51,808 bases of DNA from Candidatus Firestoneibacteriota bacterium (GTDB lineage: Bacteria > Oederibacteriota > D2-FULL-39-29 > JBBTED01), in the NCBI GenBank assembly GCA_038042445.1, contig JBBTED010000163.1, positions 1-51,808 of the forward strand, in the 5' to 3' direction. Both the position numbers and the translations under genes were made by a program. Shown piece by piece: positions 15,001-20,909 of this stretch. The notes beneath the pieces are model-generated. The model made no database searches, was not told where the DNA came from, and worked only from the letters and a program-made list of their open reading frames with translations. Within the stretch, counting starts at the first letter, position 1. Each line of letters starts with the position of its first letter.

Positions 15001-18000
15001 GGTTTAACATCCGGCACTACATATTATTTTGCAATAAAAACAAGAGATAAAGTTCCAAATACAGCAGGTATTTCTAATAACCCAAATTCATTGCCTCAAT
15101 CAGGCAATGTTCATATAAATGAAATATATGCACTTGGTGCTACAGCAGGACAGGATTGGGTAGAATTATATAATGATACAGGAGCAAGTGTTTCTTTAAA
15201 TGGTTGGACACTTGTATATAACACAGGAACTATTTCATCACCAGGTGGCGATACAACAGTATGGACAGGTGGTCCTTCTGATTCTATTGCAAATGGAGCA
15301 AGATTTGTAATTACACCAAATACAAATTTAGATGGAGCTTCGGGTTATCATCTCAAATTAAGAGATGCTATACCTACGCAGGCTGATATTGTTCAGTGGA
15401 TCGCATTATCATCTGGTGCAACTAATATTTCTTTTGCAAGAATTTCTGATGGAAGCAAATATTTTGAAAATGATTCTACTCCAACACAAAATTTATCAAA
15501 TACAGGAACTGATGTTATAAAAATAAATGAAGCGTCTTACCAGTCTGTAAGTTCTGACCAGTTTATTGAATTATATAACACAGATAATATAAATGCAGTT
15601 ACAGTTACTAATTGGATACTCAGAAATAAAAATTCTGTGACTGGGACTTCTCCATACAGAAAACCTTTCCAGTTTACAAGAAAACTTTATCAGAATAGTT
15701 TTACACAAATATATTTCTCAAGCACAGATAATAGTGCAAATGTGTTCGCGTATACTGATTGTTTTGGAGCAGGCGGGTTAGCTACATCAGGAGATTTTGT
15801 TGCTTTGGAAAATTCAAGTGGTCAGGTAATTGATAGGGTTACATGGCAATCCGGTAGTAATTATGTTTACTATGATTATACAGCAACTCTTATATCTTAT
15901 GAAAATCCTGCAATTGCTGATTTGAGTTCGCCAAATACTGTTGGAAGAAATACAGATGGAACTGATACAAATATAGACAATTCGGATTTTATTTCGTATG
16001 CAGAGCCAAATGACGGAATCAGAAATCCGCAAGGCACACTTGCTACAGCTAATACAGTTACAGCACCTGCAAGCCCTATTCCAAAGAAATTCAAAATAGA
16101 ACTACAATTAGGTGAAAATTGTTCAGGTGGAACAACTGATAATATTATATTTATTCGTACAGGAGGAAGTACTGATTCAAAATCTCCGCATATATTCAGA
16201 TTAACAGATTTAGGATTTAGTATTTCATCAACTGCTGTTCAATCTGTTGAGTTTGATGGTGCAACTTTAACTGATATTGATGGATTTTCTTTGGTGAATG
16301 GGGCAGTATACAAAATGTTTTTGAACACTGATACAGGCAATGGAAGAGCTGCAAAGGTGATAAAAACAAGTGTTACTTATGATGCAAGTGTGCATACTTT
16401 AACTGCTAATGACACAGCTAAGGAAAGAGTTGGAAACAGCAAAAAAGTGGATGTACTTAGAATAGATGTTGTAAATAATAGTCCTGCTGGATTAAATAAC
16501 ATTCAGCTTACAATATTAAATGTTAAATGGACAGATGGTTCTGGAACTGCTCTTACAACTGCACAGGCGCAAGGATTATTTGGAAATATATACGTATATC
16601 AGGATAATCCTAATTCTGGTTCTGCTAATATTTATGAATCTGCAATAGATACTACAGCAATTGTTACAATTGCAAATAGTTCAATAAGTCTTGATGGAAG
16701 CGGTATACAGGTAATTACAATATCAGATTTAACAAATGCAACAGTTAATTCTAATTCAACAAAGAGATATTTTGTTGTAGTGGAATTAGCAAGTAATGCA
16801 GATGTGCAAACTCCAAATAATTTCAAGGCATCAATAAAACCTGATACAGATTCTACAATAAGAGATGCTGCTTATTTAGTTAATCAGGTCCCGAATGCTA
16901 CATCTTTGGTTACATCTTCTGCAACAACTGCAATTACAACAACAACTACTACTGAAACAAATTTAGGTGGTCCTACAGAAGCAATAATTGGTTCAGTTGC
17001 CCCAAACTGGGATTCAGGTTCAGGTTCCTATGTTGGCACAGATAATAGCAAACTTTATGCGTTAAATGATAATGGAACCCAGAAATGGACAGCTCCGTTT
17101 GCTACAGTTGGAGCAGTTCGTTCAACTCCTGAAGTTCATGTTGAAGGCAGTGATACTTTTATATATGTTGCAACAGATGGTGGATATTTGTATAAGGTTC
17201 GTGATACAGGAACTGCTGGTAGCACAGATGGAGGTGGCTGGAGTACTAATTTAGGTGCAGTTCTAAGTTCTTCACCTGCAGTATATAATAGTTCTATTTA
17301 TGTTGGATGTAATGATCAAAAATTAAAGAAAATAAATAAAGATACAGGTGGTTTGACATGGGAAACAGATGCTAATGTAAGTGGTCAACTCACTGGAACA
17401 GTATCTGTTGATGAGTGGACAGTTGGTGTAGATTCTGCATGGATTGGTTCTGAAGGAAGTTCAATGTACAGAATTAATACTGCTAATGGTCAGATGTTAA
17501 ACAGTTTTGCAACAGGCAATGCAATAACTGCTTCTCCTTTTGTGGATGCAGGTTATATTACTGCAAGCAATAATTTGTTTATTACTTCCAAAGATGGAAA
17601 AATATATTGTAGAAATTCGTTAAACTTGTCTACAATACCAGCGGGATGGATAAATAGAGGTGGTCAGCAGGATGGAAATTATAATGTAGGAAGTGCTATA
17701 GAATCTTCACCATATATGTCTATTGAAGGCGCAAATAAATATTTATATTTTGGTGCAGATGATGGTAAATTATATAAAATTGATGCTACAACTGGAACAT
17801 TAGTATGGGCATTTCAGACTGAGGGTCCTATAAAATCTTCGCCAATTGTTTATAATAACTGGGTTTATTTCGGAAGTAACGATGGTAATTGTTATTGCAT
17901 TGATACAACAAATGGAACAATTAGAACCCCAGGTTGGCCTGTTTTAACAGGCGCAGCAGTTAAATCAATGCCAGTTGTAAGTGATTGGGTTGATGAATGG

Positions 18001-18057
18001 ACAAAGATAACATTTACATCTTCAGATGGAAAAGTGTATAAATTAGACATACAGTAA
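1..18057 (+). CDS. Giant repetitive surface protein/adhesin (5'-truncated, >6018 aa): Ig-like repeats, FN3 domains, two Trp-rich propeller-like domains, two lamin-tail domains, C-terminal PQQ-type beta-propeller
   Basis: Frame 1 is open from base 1 and reads DTGGSNLSYTQYTIWTNTGQ..., the same repeat as downstream, so the GTG at 136 is internal. Stop TAA at 18055-18057. FN3-like LxWTAPGD...YYFAI motifs, INE...WVELYN/FIELYN lamin-tail motifs, and SSP...YFGSxDG PQQ/BamB-like blades. Confidence 0.93.
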   Translation, partial: DTGGSNLSYTQYTIWTNTGQIGTQLKTWTNIATSINSSSYSTDWQVDFSVLQQGTNYVSVLVFDNAGNSATLSDVFYVRKDNTNPQITDYQTGDDSWRSTNNGTYNIDFADTGGSNLSYVQTKVCSSQGQSGLIQDWTTVVSGINSATYDTNWSLSSSVWNALSQGTNYISVRVYDNAGNYSELSDVFYVRKDTQNPGITNNISGGDSVWRKTTGTTYNVDFSDAGSLVDYFQYTVYSNTGQTGSTLKSWTSVATGINNASYTYDWSVDFASLQEGANYVSVRVYDIVGNGTTLADAFYINKDTVLPSAISNLSASSGIEGEINLVWTATGDNAGSGTASSYTVKYKTSANFDGTQGDFDSATTYDTSGWSSPQIAGSGENRVLTGLTPNTLYYVAIEAIDKAGNNGAVSNLTGNSATSGADVTSPGQIANLTASTGAYPGEIDLSWTAPGDNNSTGTATLYTVRYSTSAAISTEGDWTSATTYNQNWTPLIAESTEQKTLSMPSPNTTYYFAIRAKDEVNNEGSISNSPSATSAATGPAAGVIVYGEGTYQEPRYMNWTGSGWQGEQTGPDGSASTGVINWVITRSCPVVRNEKMAGILYSDGTLSVQRWNGSIWAVEFSTTGISAANSAYRGFDIAYEQNTGRCMVVYSKGTTTNEIAYRVWDGSSWVIGETNVELGTTNIVYWVRTEPKKGSNEIMIATSDANNDIYANRWTGSAILNGKTLTTATNSLTTQGFDIAWENTSGNCMVIWKQSLVTNYDYWNGLNWLGSAGAGPNIATSAAGNGWIKISADTSSGSNKIGFASLDNNVDWNLCIWDGAIWGSLPTEDASMASVTYRGIDIAWEKDSGKCLAVGGDSASRQISYVTWTQAGGWSSANLSTAPKDSYLWGGTLRWLQLTPDPNTNKMTLVGIDANADIRSRNWTGSTWSGGTQHEPGASNSTKECEFIVFDRHDITPPTIADNQTGDDTWRISNNGTYDIDFTDSGGSKLSYIQTKVFSNTGQTGSTLQDWTTAVSSINADSYTTNWSLAASTWTALQEGTNYVSVKIFDGVGNSDNLTDVFYVKKDSVSPGITDNQTGDDTWKTSAGTNYNIDFSDGISLLNNVQYAVYSNTVLTGSTLKDWTNIASSINSDSYTQDWAVDFASCNEGTNYVSIRAYDNAGNWSTLLDSFYVRKDTTNPGVTDNQTGDDTWKTSAGTTYNVDFTDTGGSLLSYTQYTVWTDSNQAGTQLKDWTNIATSINASDYTDNWQVDWASLQQGTNYVSVRAFDNAGNSVALADVFYVKKDTTSPAITDNQLGDDTWKTGTGTTYNIDFSDNESQLSYTQYTVYSNTGQTGTTLKDWINIASSINASSYTNDWQVDWASLQQGTNYVSVRVYDNAGLSATLNDVFYVKKDTNNPVITDTQTGDDTWKNSSGTTYNIDFSDSAGANNSLLSYAQYTVYSDTGQTGSTLKDWTNIASGINALEYTDNWQIDFASGQQGTNYVSVRVYDNAGLSATLNDVFYVKKDTNNPGVTDNQTGDDIWRTAAGISYNVDFSDTGGSLLSYAQYTIYANTNQTSTQLKPWTNIASSINASDWTDNWQVDFASLQEGTNYVSARVYDNSGNWATLTDVFYIKKSATAPTIGDNQNGDDTWRASSGTSYDVDWTDAGSSLLSYAQWTVYSNTGQTGSTLKDWTNIASSINAAQYTDNWQVDWVSLSEGTNYVSVRVYNNAGASTSLIDAFYVKKDVSNPTITDSQTGDDTWKNASGTTYNIDFVDTGNSLLSYAQYAVYSNTGLTGSTLKTWTAIVAGINASDYTNNWQVDWASLQEGTNYVSVKVFDNSGNSASLLDMFYVKKDTNLPTITNNQAGTDNTWRTSSGTTYNVDFYDTAGSTNSLLSYIQYAVYSNTGQTGSTLIDWTNIASSINASDYTTNWSVNFSLLTQGTNYVSVRVYDNSGNSANLTDAFYIKKDITSPGIADDQTGDDTWKSTSGTSYNIDWTDTGNSQLSYAQYTVYSNTALTGSTLIDWTNIATSINSNSYTNDWQVNWTSLQQGTNYVSVRVYDNAGLSSNETDAFYIKKDTSVPGVTDNQSGDDIWKKVSGTAYDVDFTDTGGSLLSYAQYTVYSNTGQTGSTLKVWTNIATGINANSYTIDWQVDFSSLQEGTNYVSVKTYDVAGNSVTLIDPFYVKKDTLGPVATNNISGGDNTWRTASGTTYDVDFTDTKSLLSYVQYTVYSGTGLTGSTLKDWTNIATSINAFDYTDNWQVDFTSLQEGTNYVTVRAYDNLSNLTTLTDAFYVKKDTTNPGITDNQTGDDTWKKVSGTTYNADFSDNQSLLSYAQYTIWSNTVQTGSLIKDWTNIATSINAASYTIDWQVDFNALQQGTNYVSVRCYDNVSKVLTQNDIFYVKKDTNNPTIEDLQSGDDTVRSSGGTTYNVNFSDTFASSNSLLSYVQYTVYNDTGLTGESIIPWTNIASSINASDYTTDWEVNFGALQQGTNNYVSVRVYDNAGNSATLMDPFYVKKAIGQPTITDNQLGDDVWRNTNAGIYNIDFTSGSGENLSYFQTKVTSLPNQSGSTLQDWTTVVSSINATNYTNNWAILASTWSAAQEGTNYVSVRIYDIAANTTTTNDVFYVRKDTTNPGITDSQAGDDTWKNSTGTAYNVDFSDAGSLLSYVQYTIYSNTNLTGSTLKDWTNIATSINVSDYTTDWQVDFSSLQQGTNYVSVRVYDTAGNSATLKDPFYVKKDTTNPGFTDNQTGDDTWRTASGTSYDVDFTDTGGANLSYAQYTIYSNTNLTGNTLKTWTNIATGINAASYTDDWQVDWASLQQGTNYVSVRTYDNAGNSATLVDPFYIKKDTVNPGITDNQTGDDNWKTASGTSYNIDFSDAGSLVSYFQYTVYSNTGFTGSTLKDWTTVASSINNSNYTTNWQVDFASLQQGTNYVSVRVFDNVGNSETLADAFYVKKDTSASTITDNQTGDDTWKNASGTSYNIDFSDANSLLSYAQYTIYSNTNLTGTTLKTWTDIATSINATDYTDNWQINFNSCQQGTNYVSVRVYDNAGNSATLVDPFYIKKDTTNPQIGNNQTGDNTWKNISGTTYNVDFSDTGGANLSYVQYTVYSNTLMTGSTLKDWTNIATSINASDYTDNWQVDWASLNEGTNYVSVRAYDNAGNSDTLLDAFYVRKDVTNPGITDSQAGDDTFRNSSGTIYNVDFSDTGNSNLSYVQYTVYSNTGLTGSTLKTWTNIAITINAADYTNNWQVDWASLQEGTNYVSVCVYDNAGNSATLVDPFYVRKDVTNPGTTDSQTGDDTWRSVLGTSYNIDFSDTGNSQLSYAQYTVYSGAGMTGSTLKTWTNIATSINANDYTNNWQVDFASLQEGTNYVSSRVYDNAGNSVTLQDAFYVKKDTQGPGITDNQTGDDTFRKTSGTTYNVDFSDTGSLLSYFQYTIYSDTGQTGTTLKDWTTLASSINNSDYTTNWQVDWASLQQGTSYVSVRVSDNLNNSSTLLDVFYVKKDTNNPTIPDNQTGDDTWKNASGTTYNVDFSDTAGSVNSLLSYAQYTVYSNPGLAGSTLKDWTNIASSINALDYTDNWQVDFASIQQGINYVSVRTYDNANNSNQSNDVFYVKKDTQGPIVTDNQTGDDTWKNTGGTTYNIDFSDANSLLSVAQYAIYSNTNLTGSTLKDWTNIASSINAADYTDNWQVDWTALQTGTNYVSVRVSDNLNNSTTLLDPFYVKKDTTNPGITDNQTGDDNWKNSSGTAYNIDFTDTGNSNLSYAQYTVWTDTGQTGTQLKTWTNIASSINATDYTDNWQIDFSVLQETTNYVSVKVFDNAGNSATLVDPFYVKKDVTNPGITDNQTGDDTWRNASGTSYNIDWTDTGNSLLNYVQYTVYSGAGMTGSTLKSWTNIATSINANSYTDNWQVDWASLQEGTNYVTSRGFDNAGNSITLQDSFYVKKDTVGPGITDNQTGDDTWKNASGTTYNIDFSDTGSQLSYFQYTIYSGVGLTGSTLKDWTTVASSINNPNYTTDWQVDFASCQTGTNYVSVRCYDNQSNVTTLIDPFYVKKDTTNPSAIANLAVSTGTEGVLNLTWTASGDDAGSGTVSNYLVKYKTSAQGNFDGSDVDFNAAATFNHSWTGFAGGGSGESRTITGLTASSLYYVAIKAIDKAGNYGAISNLSGNSGTTGSDVTNPGIISSLSAQTGDYAGEIKLSWTAPGDNDTTGDLQAPPNGGYYARYSASAITDTATWNAATVYSQSWTPLASGQTENRVLSGLLASTTYYFAVRGYDEVNNTSAIGNSPSATTGSPGAAAGLVLYGEGSSATIPKYMLWTGSSWGSAQSAANATSTMRWIITKSCPVVRNEKMAGVLSSSGTLTIMKYDGQANSWAAQFSVSGIGSASSIYRGFDIAYEQNTGRCVVIYSTGASSNEVAYRIWNGSSWVVGETTIDLGTTGVAYWVRLEARLGTDIMMLSTLDSNSDIYALRWTGSVWQDGKTLTTSAAVNNKQCYDIVWEYTTGNCMVLWGTGTTTNYDYFNGAAWLGSAGVGPNIVATANWLKLSADTQTSSNNIGMSSIDGLSDWNVSIWNGSSWGALPTENTGMEATAMSRCSDIAWEKDSGKCIAVGVPLSSTKFRYITWSTGSWALNPSGTANDTYDWANHIQWMQLISDPNQNKMTVIGIDESASIRSRNWTGSVWTGGTIHSSSASDYLYECAYVSFDRQDIVPPSITDNQTGDDTWRISNNGTYNIDFSDSGGSKLSYFQTRVYSGAGATGSTLQDWTTVVSGINADIYTTDWSCAASTWTALAQGTNYISAKIFDGVGNSYLLNDAFYVKKDINNPTITDNQTGDDTWKNSSGTSYNIDFLDTASLLSYVQYTVFSGAGMTGSTLKTWTNIASSINASQYTDNWQVDWISLNEGTNYVSIRAYDNAGQSSTLTDGFYVKKDTVAPAVLGNLAASPGIARGQVKLTWTAPGDNGASDNNTSGNYIVRYSTSPITNDTEFGNATDFANSWVPANAGTLETRYVTGLTSGTTYYFAIKTRDKVPNTAGISNNPNSLPQSGNVHINEIYALGATAGQDWVELYNDTGASVSLNGWTLVYNTGTISSPGGDTTVWTGGPSDSIANGARFVITPNTNLDGASGYHLKLRDAIPTQADIVQWIALSSGATNISFARISDGSKYFENDSTPTQNLSNTGTDVIKINEASYQSVSSDQFIELYNTDNINAVTVTNWILRNKNSVTGTSPYRKPFQFTRKLYQNSFTQIYFSSTDNSANVFAYTDCFGAGGLATSGDFVALENSSGQVIDRVTWQSGSNYVYYDYTATLISYENPAIADLSSPNTVGRNTDGTDTNIDNSDFISYAEPNDGIRNPQGTLATANTVTAPASPIPKKFKIELQLGENCSGGTTDNIIFIRTGGSTDSKSPHIFRLTDLGFSISSTAVQSVEFDGATLTDIDGFSLVNGAVYKMFLNTDTGNGRAAKVIKTSVTYDASVHTLTANDTAKERVGNSKKVDVLRIDVVNNSPAGLNNIQLTILNVKWTDGSGTALTTAQAQGLFGNIYVYQDNPNSGSANIYESAIDTTAIVTIANSSISLDGSGIQVITISDLTNATVNSNSTKRYFVVVELASNADVQTPNNFKASIKPDTDSTIRDAAYLVNQVPNATSLVTSSATTAITTTTTTETNLGGPTEAIIGSVAPNWDSGSGSYVGTDNSKLYALNDNGTQKWTAPFATVGAVRSTPEVHVEGSDTFIYVATDGGYLYKVRDTGTAGSTDGGGWSTNLGAVLSSSPAVYNSSIYVGCNDQKLKKINKDTGGLTWETDANVSGQLTGTVSVDEWTVGVDSAWIGSEGSSMYRINTANGQMLNSFATGNAITASPFVDAGYITASNNLFITSKDGKIYCRNSLNLSTIPAGWINRGGQQDGNYNVGSAIESSPYMSIEGANKYLYFGADDGKLYKIDATTGTLVWAFQTEGPIKSSPIVYNNWVYFGSNDGNCYCIDTTNGTIRTPGWPVLTGAAVKSMPVVSDWVDEWTKITFTSSDGKVYKLDIQ
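907..2862 (+). repeat. Module copy 1: FN3-FN3 plus ~415-aa Trp-rich domain
   Basis: DTVLPSAISNL...WTATGD, DVTSPGQIANL...WTAPGD, then AAGVIVYGEG...SCPVVRNEKMAG...FDRHD; homologous to 12133-14091. Confidence 0.88.
2863..12132 (+). repeat. Central array of 28 tandem ~110-aa (~330 bp) Ig-like repeats within the giant gene
   Basis: Consensus KDTTNPGITDNQTGDDTWK.ASGTTYNIDFSDTG.SLLSYAQYTVYSNTG.TGSTLKDWTNIATSINASDYTDNWQVDFASLQQGTNYVSVRVYDNAGNSATL.D.FYVK, counted by hand. Two more complete units plus a partial one lie at 1-906, and two more at about 14092-14754. Confidence 0.92.
12133..14091 (+). repeat. Module copy 2: FN3-FN3 plus Trp-rich domain
   Basis: DTTNPSAIANL...WTASGD, DVTNPGIISSL...WTAPGD, then AAGLVLYGEG...SCPVVRNEKMAG...FDRQD. 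Confidence 0.88.
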
Positions 18058-18092
18058 AGGCAGATTGGAAGGCAGACGTCAGACTTAAAAAA

Positions 18093-18115
18093 ATAGGTCA
18101 GGCATCTTGCCTGAC
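18093..18115. repeat. GTAG-type REP-like palindrome (ATAG variant), possible terminator hairpin
   Basis: ATAG-GTCAGGCA-TCT-TGCCTGAC just after the giant gene stop. Confidence 0.7.
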
Positions 18116-18146
18116 ATCAGACGTTGGTGGTTGAAAAGTAGTTTTG

Positions 18147-18214
18147 CCCCATCTCTCTTTGTGGGAGAGGGCGTGCTCTATACCTGAGCATAGCGAATGG
18201 TATAGGGTGAGAGG
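18147..18214. repeat. CCCTCTCCC..GGGAGAGGG..GGGTGAG-type palindrome with a nested CTATACC-TGAGCATAGCGAAT-GGTATAG hairpin
   Basis: The outer element resembles 36137-36164; the inner stem is 18178-18184 paired with 18199-18205. Confidence 0.6.
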
Positions 18215-18230
18215 TTAGTAAAATAGGAAA

Positions 18231-20909
18231 ATGAAAAGTTTAAAACGAAAAATGAAAAACTATAAATTGAATGTAGTCGCAGGCTTTAGCCTGCGGTATT
18301 ATCTTTTACCATTTTTCCGCAGGCTAAAGCCTGCGACTACTATTTTAATATTCCTATTTTTAACTTCAACACTTTCCGCTGCGGATTGGAGAACATTCAA
18401 AAAAAATCCTGCACGTGTTGGGGAAGCAATAGAGCAGGCGCATCCACCTCTAACTTTGAAATGGCAGTTTACTGCTCAAGGCGCATTCCTTTCTTCGCCT
18501 ATAGTATATAAAGGTAGAGTCTACATAGGTAGTGAGGGAGGAGATGTTTTTGCTTTTGATGCATATACAGGAGCTATGGTATGGCAATATTCAACAGATG
18601 GTCCGGTTAGAGGGACACCATCTGCGGCGAATGGTATTATTTATGTATCTTGTCAGGATGGATATTTGTATGCATTTGATGCTAATACTGGAGACATTAA
18701 ATGGAAATATTTAACAGGAAGCAAAGATTGTTCTTCGCCTGTTGTTGAGAATGTTAAATTGTATGGGGCAAGTGGTTTTCCACAACAAGCTGTTTATTGT
18801 CTCAATGCAAGTACAGGAGCTGAGTTATGGAAAGTATCTTTAGATAAATATATTTATTCTTCACCTGTATATAAAGATGGTATTGTTTATGTTGGAGCTA
18901 ATAATGGAAAATTTTATGCATTAGATGCTAATACTGGAAGTATTAAGTGGTCATTTACCACAGAAGGTAGTATATATTTTTCTACAATGGCACTTGCAAA
19001 TGGAGTTGTTTATGGGGCACCTGGAAGTGATGATAGAAAAGTTTACGCACTAAATGCAAATGCTACAGGTGGTTTAAAAACTGGATGGAGTTTCACTGAC
19101 CTTGGAACAGCTCCAACAATTGTTTCTTCAATTGCAATATCAAACGGATTTTTATATATAGCAAGTGGAACAACGCCTTTTACTCTTTATAAATTAGATG
19201 CAGGCACAGGTGTAAAAATGGCAGAACGGGAAATTGGTATAAATTCCAATTTAGGATTTGCTTCTTCCCCTGCAATTTCAAATGGTGTTATATATATTGG
19301 AGCAGCAAATTCTATTTTTTATGCACTTGATGCAGGGACACTTGATATTCTTGGACAAATTACACTTGATGCACCTATTCTTTCAACAGCATCAATTTCC
19401 AATGGGTGGGTATATATTGGCACAGGTGATTTAGGTGATGGAACAATTTATGGTTTTGAATGTGCAAAAGCAGCAGCAATTACAAGTCCTGATGATGAAA
19501 CAGGCTCGGAAAATATTGTAGGTACAGTATTGGATATAAAAGGAATCGTTAAAAATCCTGATATAAAAAATTATAAACTCGAGTATAAATCAGAAGGTTT
19601 AAATGAATGGAATCTTTTTGCCACAGGAACAGGTGAGATAAATAATGCTATTCTTGGAACTTTATCTACATATAATATTCCACAAGGTAATGTTGATATA
19701 AAACTTACAGTAGAAGAATTAAGCGGAAGAATTCTGAATAATTTTGCTATGTTTCGTATTTATTTGGCTCAGACTTTTGCTATGATTCGCAAATGGGTGA
19801 CTGCAATATTAGGGGCAGTGATTACTGCTTATGATGGAACTGAGCTTACAATTGAGCCAGGTACTTTAAAACAAGATACTTATGTTACTATAAAAACCCC
19901 TATAGAGTATCCTGAAATGCTTGTGTCTACGAAATTCAAGCCAAGTCCTGTTGTCCGAGAATTTTTGATAGATATTGAAGATAAAACTTTTAATAAACCT
20001 GTTACTATTAAGATTCCATTTAAAGATGCAGATTTTGATATTAAAAAAGTTAAAAAAGAGAATTTAAAAATGTTCTATTATAATGAGAAGGATAAAAATT
20101 GGGAATTTATTTCGGATTCTTATGCTATAGCATCTCAAAATCTTGTTGTAGGCAAGGTAACGCATTTTTCAATGTTTGGAGTTTTTGGAGTTGCAAGTTC
20201 TTATGCCCAAGGTATAATTACTGTTGCTTTAGGTGGTACTTTAATGGCTGCAGATGGAACAACAGCTATATTTGAGCCTGGAGCTCTAACTGATGATGAT
20301 ACAGTAACTATTCAGGAACCACTTTCTTATTCAAATGATGGTATATCCAAATTTTATAAAAGCACAACTGTTACAAGAGAATTTTTAGTAACAAAACCAA
20401 GAAATTCCAAATTTAACAAACAAGTTACAATAAAATTGCCTTATACAGATGAAGAAATTCAGGGAATGAAAGAGAAAAATTTAAGAATATGCTGGTGGAA
20501 TTCTGAAAAATCTAAATGGCAGATGCTAAATTCATCTAAGCCGTCAATTGAAGAAAAAAAAGTTGTTGGAAAAGTTACACATTTTTCAATTTACAGGATT
20601 TTTGAATATTTGGGTGGTGAAGATCTTATAAATAAAGATACAGTTTATACATATCCAAATCCTGCTTTGGGAGACACTTTGGTTTTTAAATGTTATTTAG
20701 GTGATGATGCAGATATAACCATAGATGTATTTAATATAGCCGGAGAAAAGATAGCCATTTTGAACAATACAGGTATAGCAGGTGTAACTTTGGAAACCAC
20801 ATGGGATATAAACAATATCGCAAGCGGAGTATACATATATAAAATAGAAGCAACAGCTAAAAGCGGAGCAAAAAAATATGTCATTAAAAAACTCGCAATC
20901 GTCCATTGA
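18231..20909 (+). CDS. Secreted protein: PQQ/BamB-like beta-propeller, Ig-like linker, two ZU5-like domains ending in THFS, and a T9SS type-A-like C-terminal sorting domain
   Basis: Signal h-region ILIFLFLTSTLSA; W.TF..NPAR.G propeller start and repeated SSP..VY.G..G..YA.DA.TG...W blades; two copies of DGT....EPG.L..D..VTI...F.K.VTIK.P...W...GKVTHFS; C-terminal YPNP...WD...ASGVYIYKI...KKLAIVH. Confidence 0.85.
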   Translation: MKSLKRKMKNYKLNVVAGFSLRYYLLPFFRRLKPATTILIFLFLTSTLSAADWRTFKKNPARVGEAIEQAHPPLTLKWQFTAQGAFLSSPIVYKGRVYIGSEGGDVFAFDAYTGAMVWQYSTDGPVRGTPSAANGIIYVSCQDGYLYAFDANTGDIKWKYLTGSKDCSSPVVENVKLYGASGFPQQAVYCLNASTGAELWKVSLDKYIYSSPVYKDGIVYVGANNGKFYALDANTGSIKWSFTTEGSIYFSTMALANGVVYGAPGSDDRKVYALNANATGGLKTGWSFTDLGTAPTIVSSIAISNGFLYIASGTTPFTLYKLDAGTGVKMAEREIGINSNLGFASSPAISNGVIYIGAANSIFYALDAGTLDILGQITLDAPILSTASISNGWVYIGTGDLGDGTIYGFECAKAAAITSPDDETGSENIVGTVLDIKGIVKNPDIKNYKLEYKSEGLNEWNLFATGTGEINNAILGTLSTYNIPQGNVDIKLTVEELSGRILNNFAMFRIYLAQTFAMIRKWVTAILGAVITAYDGTELTIEPGTLKQDTYVTIKTPIEYPEMLVSTKFKPSPVVREFLIDIEDKTFNKPVTIKIPFKDADFDIKKVKKENLKMFYYNEKDKNWEFISDSYAIASQNLVVGKVTHFSMFGVFGVASSYAQGIITVALGGTLMAADGTTAIFEPGALTDDDTVTIQEPLSYSNDGISKFYKSTTVTREFLVTKPRNSKFNKQVTIKLPYTDEEIQGMKEKNLRICWWNSEKSKWQMLNSSKPSIEEKKVVGKVTHFSIYRIFEYLGGEDLINKDTVYTYPNPALGDTLVFKCYLGDDADITIDVFNIAGEKIAILNNTGIAGVTLETTWDINNIASGVYIYKIEATAKSGAKKYVIKKLAIVH
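18273..18340. repeat. GTAG-type REP doublet (inverted pair), in-frame in the signal peptide of the 892-aa gene
   Basis: GTAGTCGCAGGCTTTAGCCTGCG at 18273-18295 and its exact reverse complement at 18318-18340; translated as VVAGFSLR...RRLKPAT. Confidence 0.95.

Noticed and set aside
14..17254. Short alternative-frame and antisense ORFs inside the giant gene
   Set aside because: They are shadows of the repetitive coding strand and have no recognisable motifs.
18059..18124. Loose heptamer repeats (GGCAGAT/GGCAGAC/GTCAGAC/ATCAGAC) after the giant gene
   Set aside because: Too few and irregular to distinguish from chance.
18178..18205. Hammerhead ribozyme suggested by CTGAG...CGAA
   Set aside because: It lacks the CUGAnGA/GAAA core and the three-stem layout; treated as a repeat hairpin.
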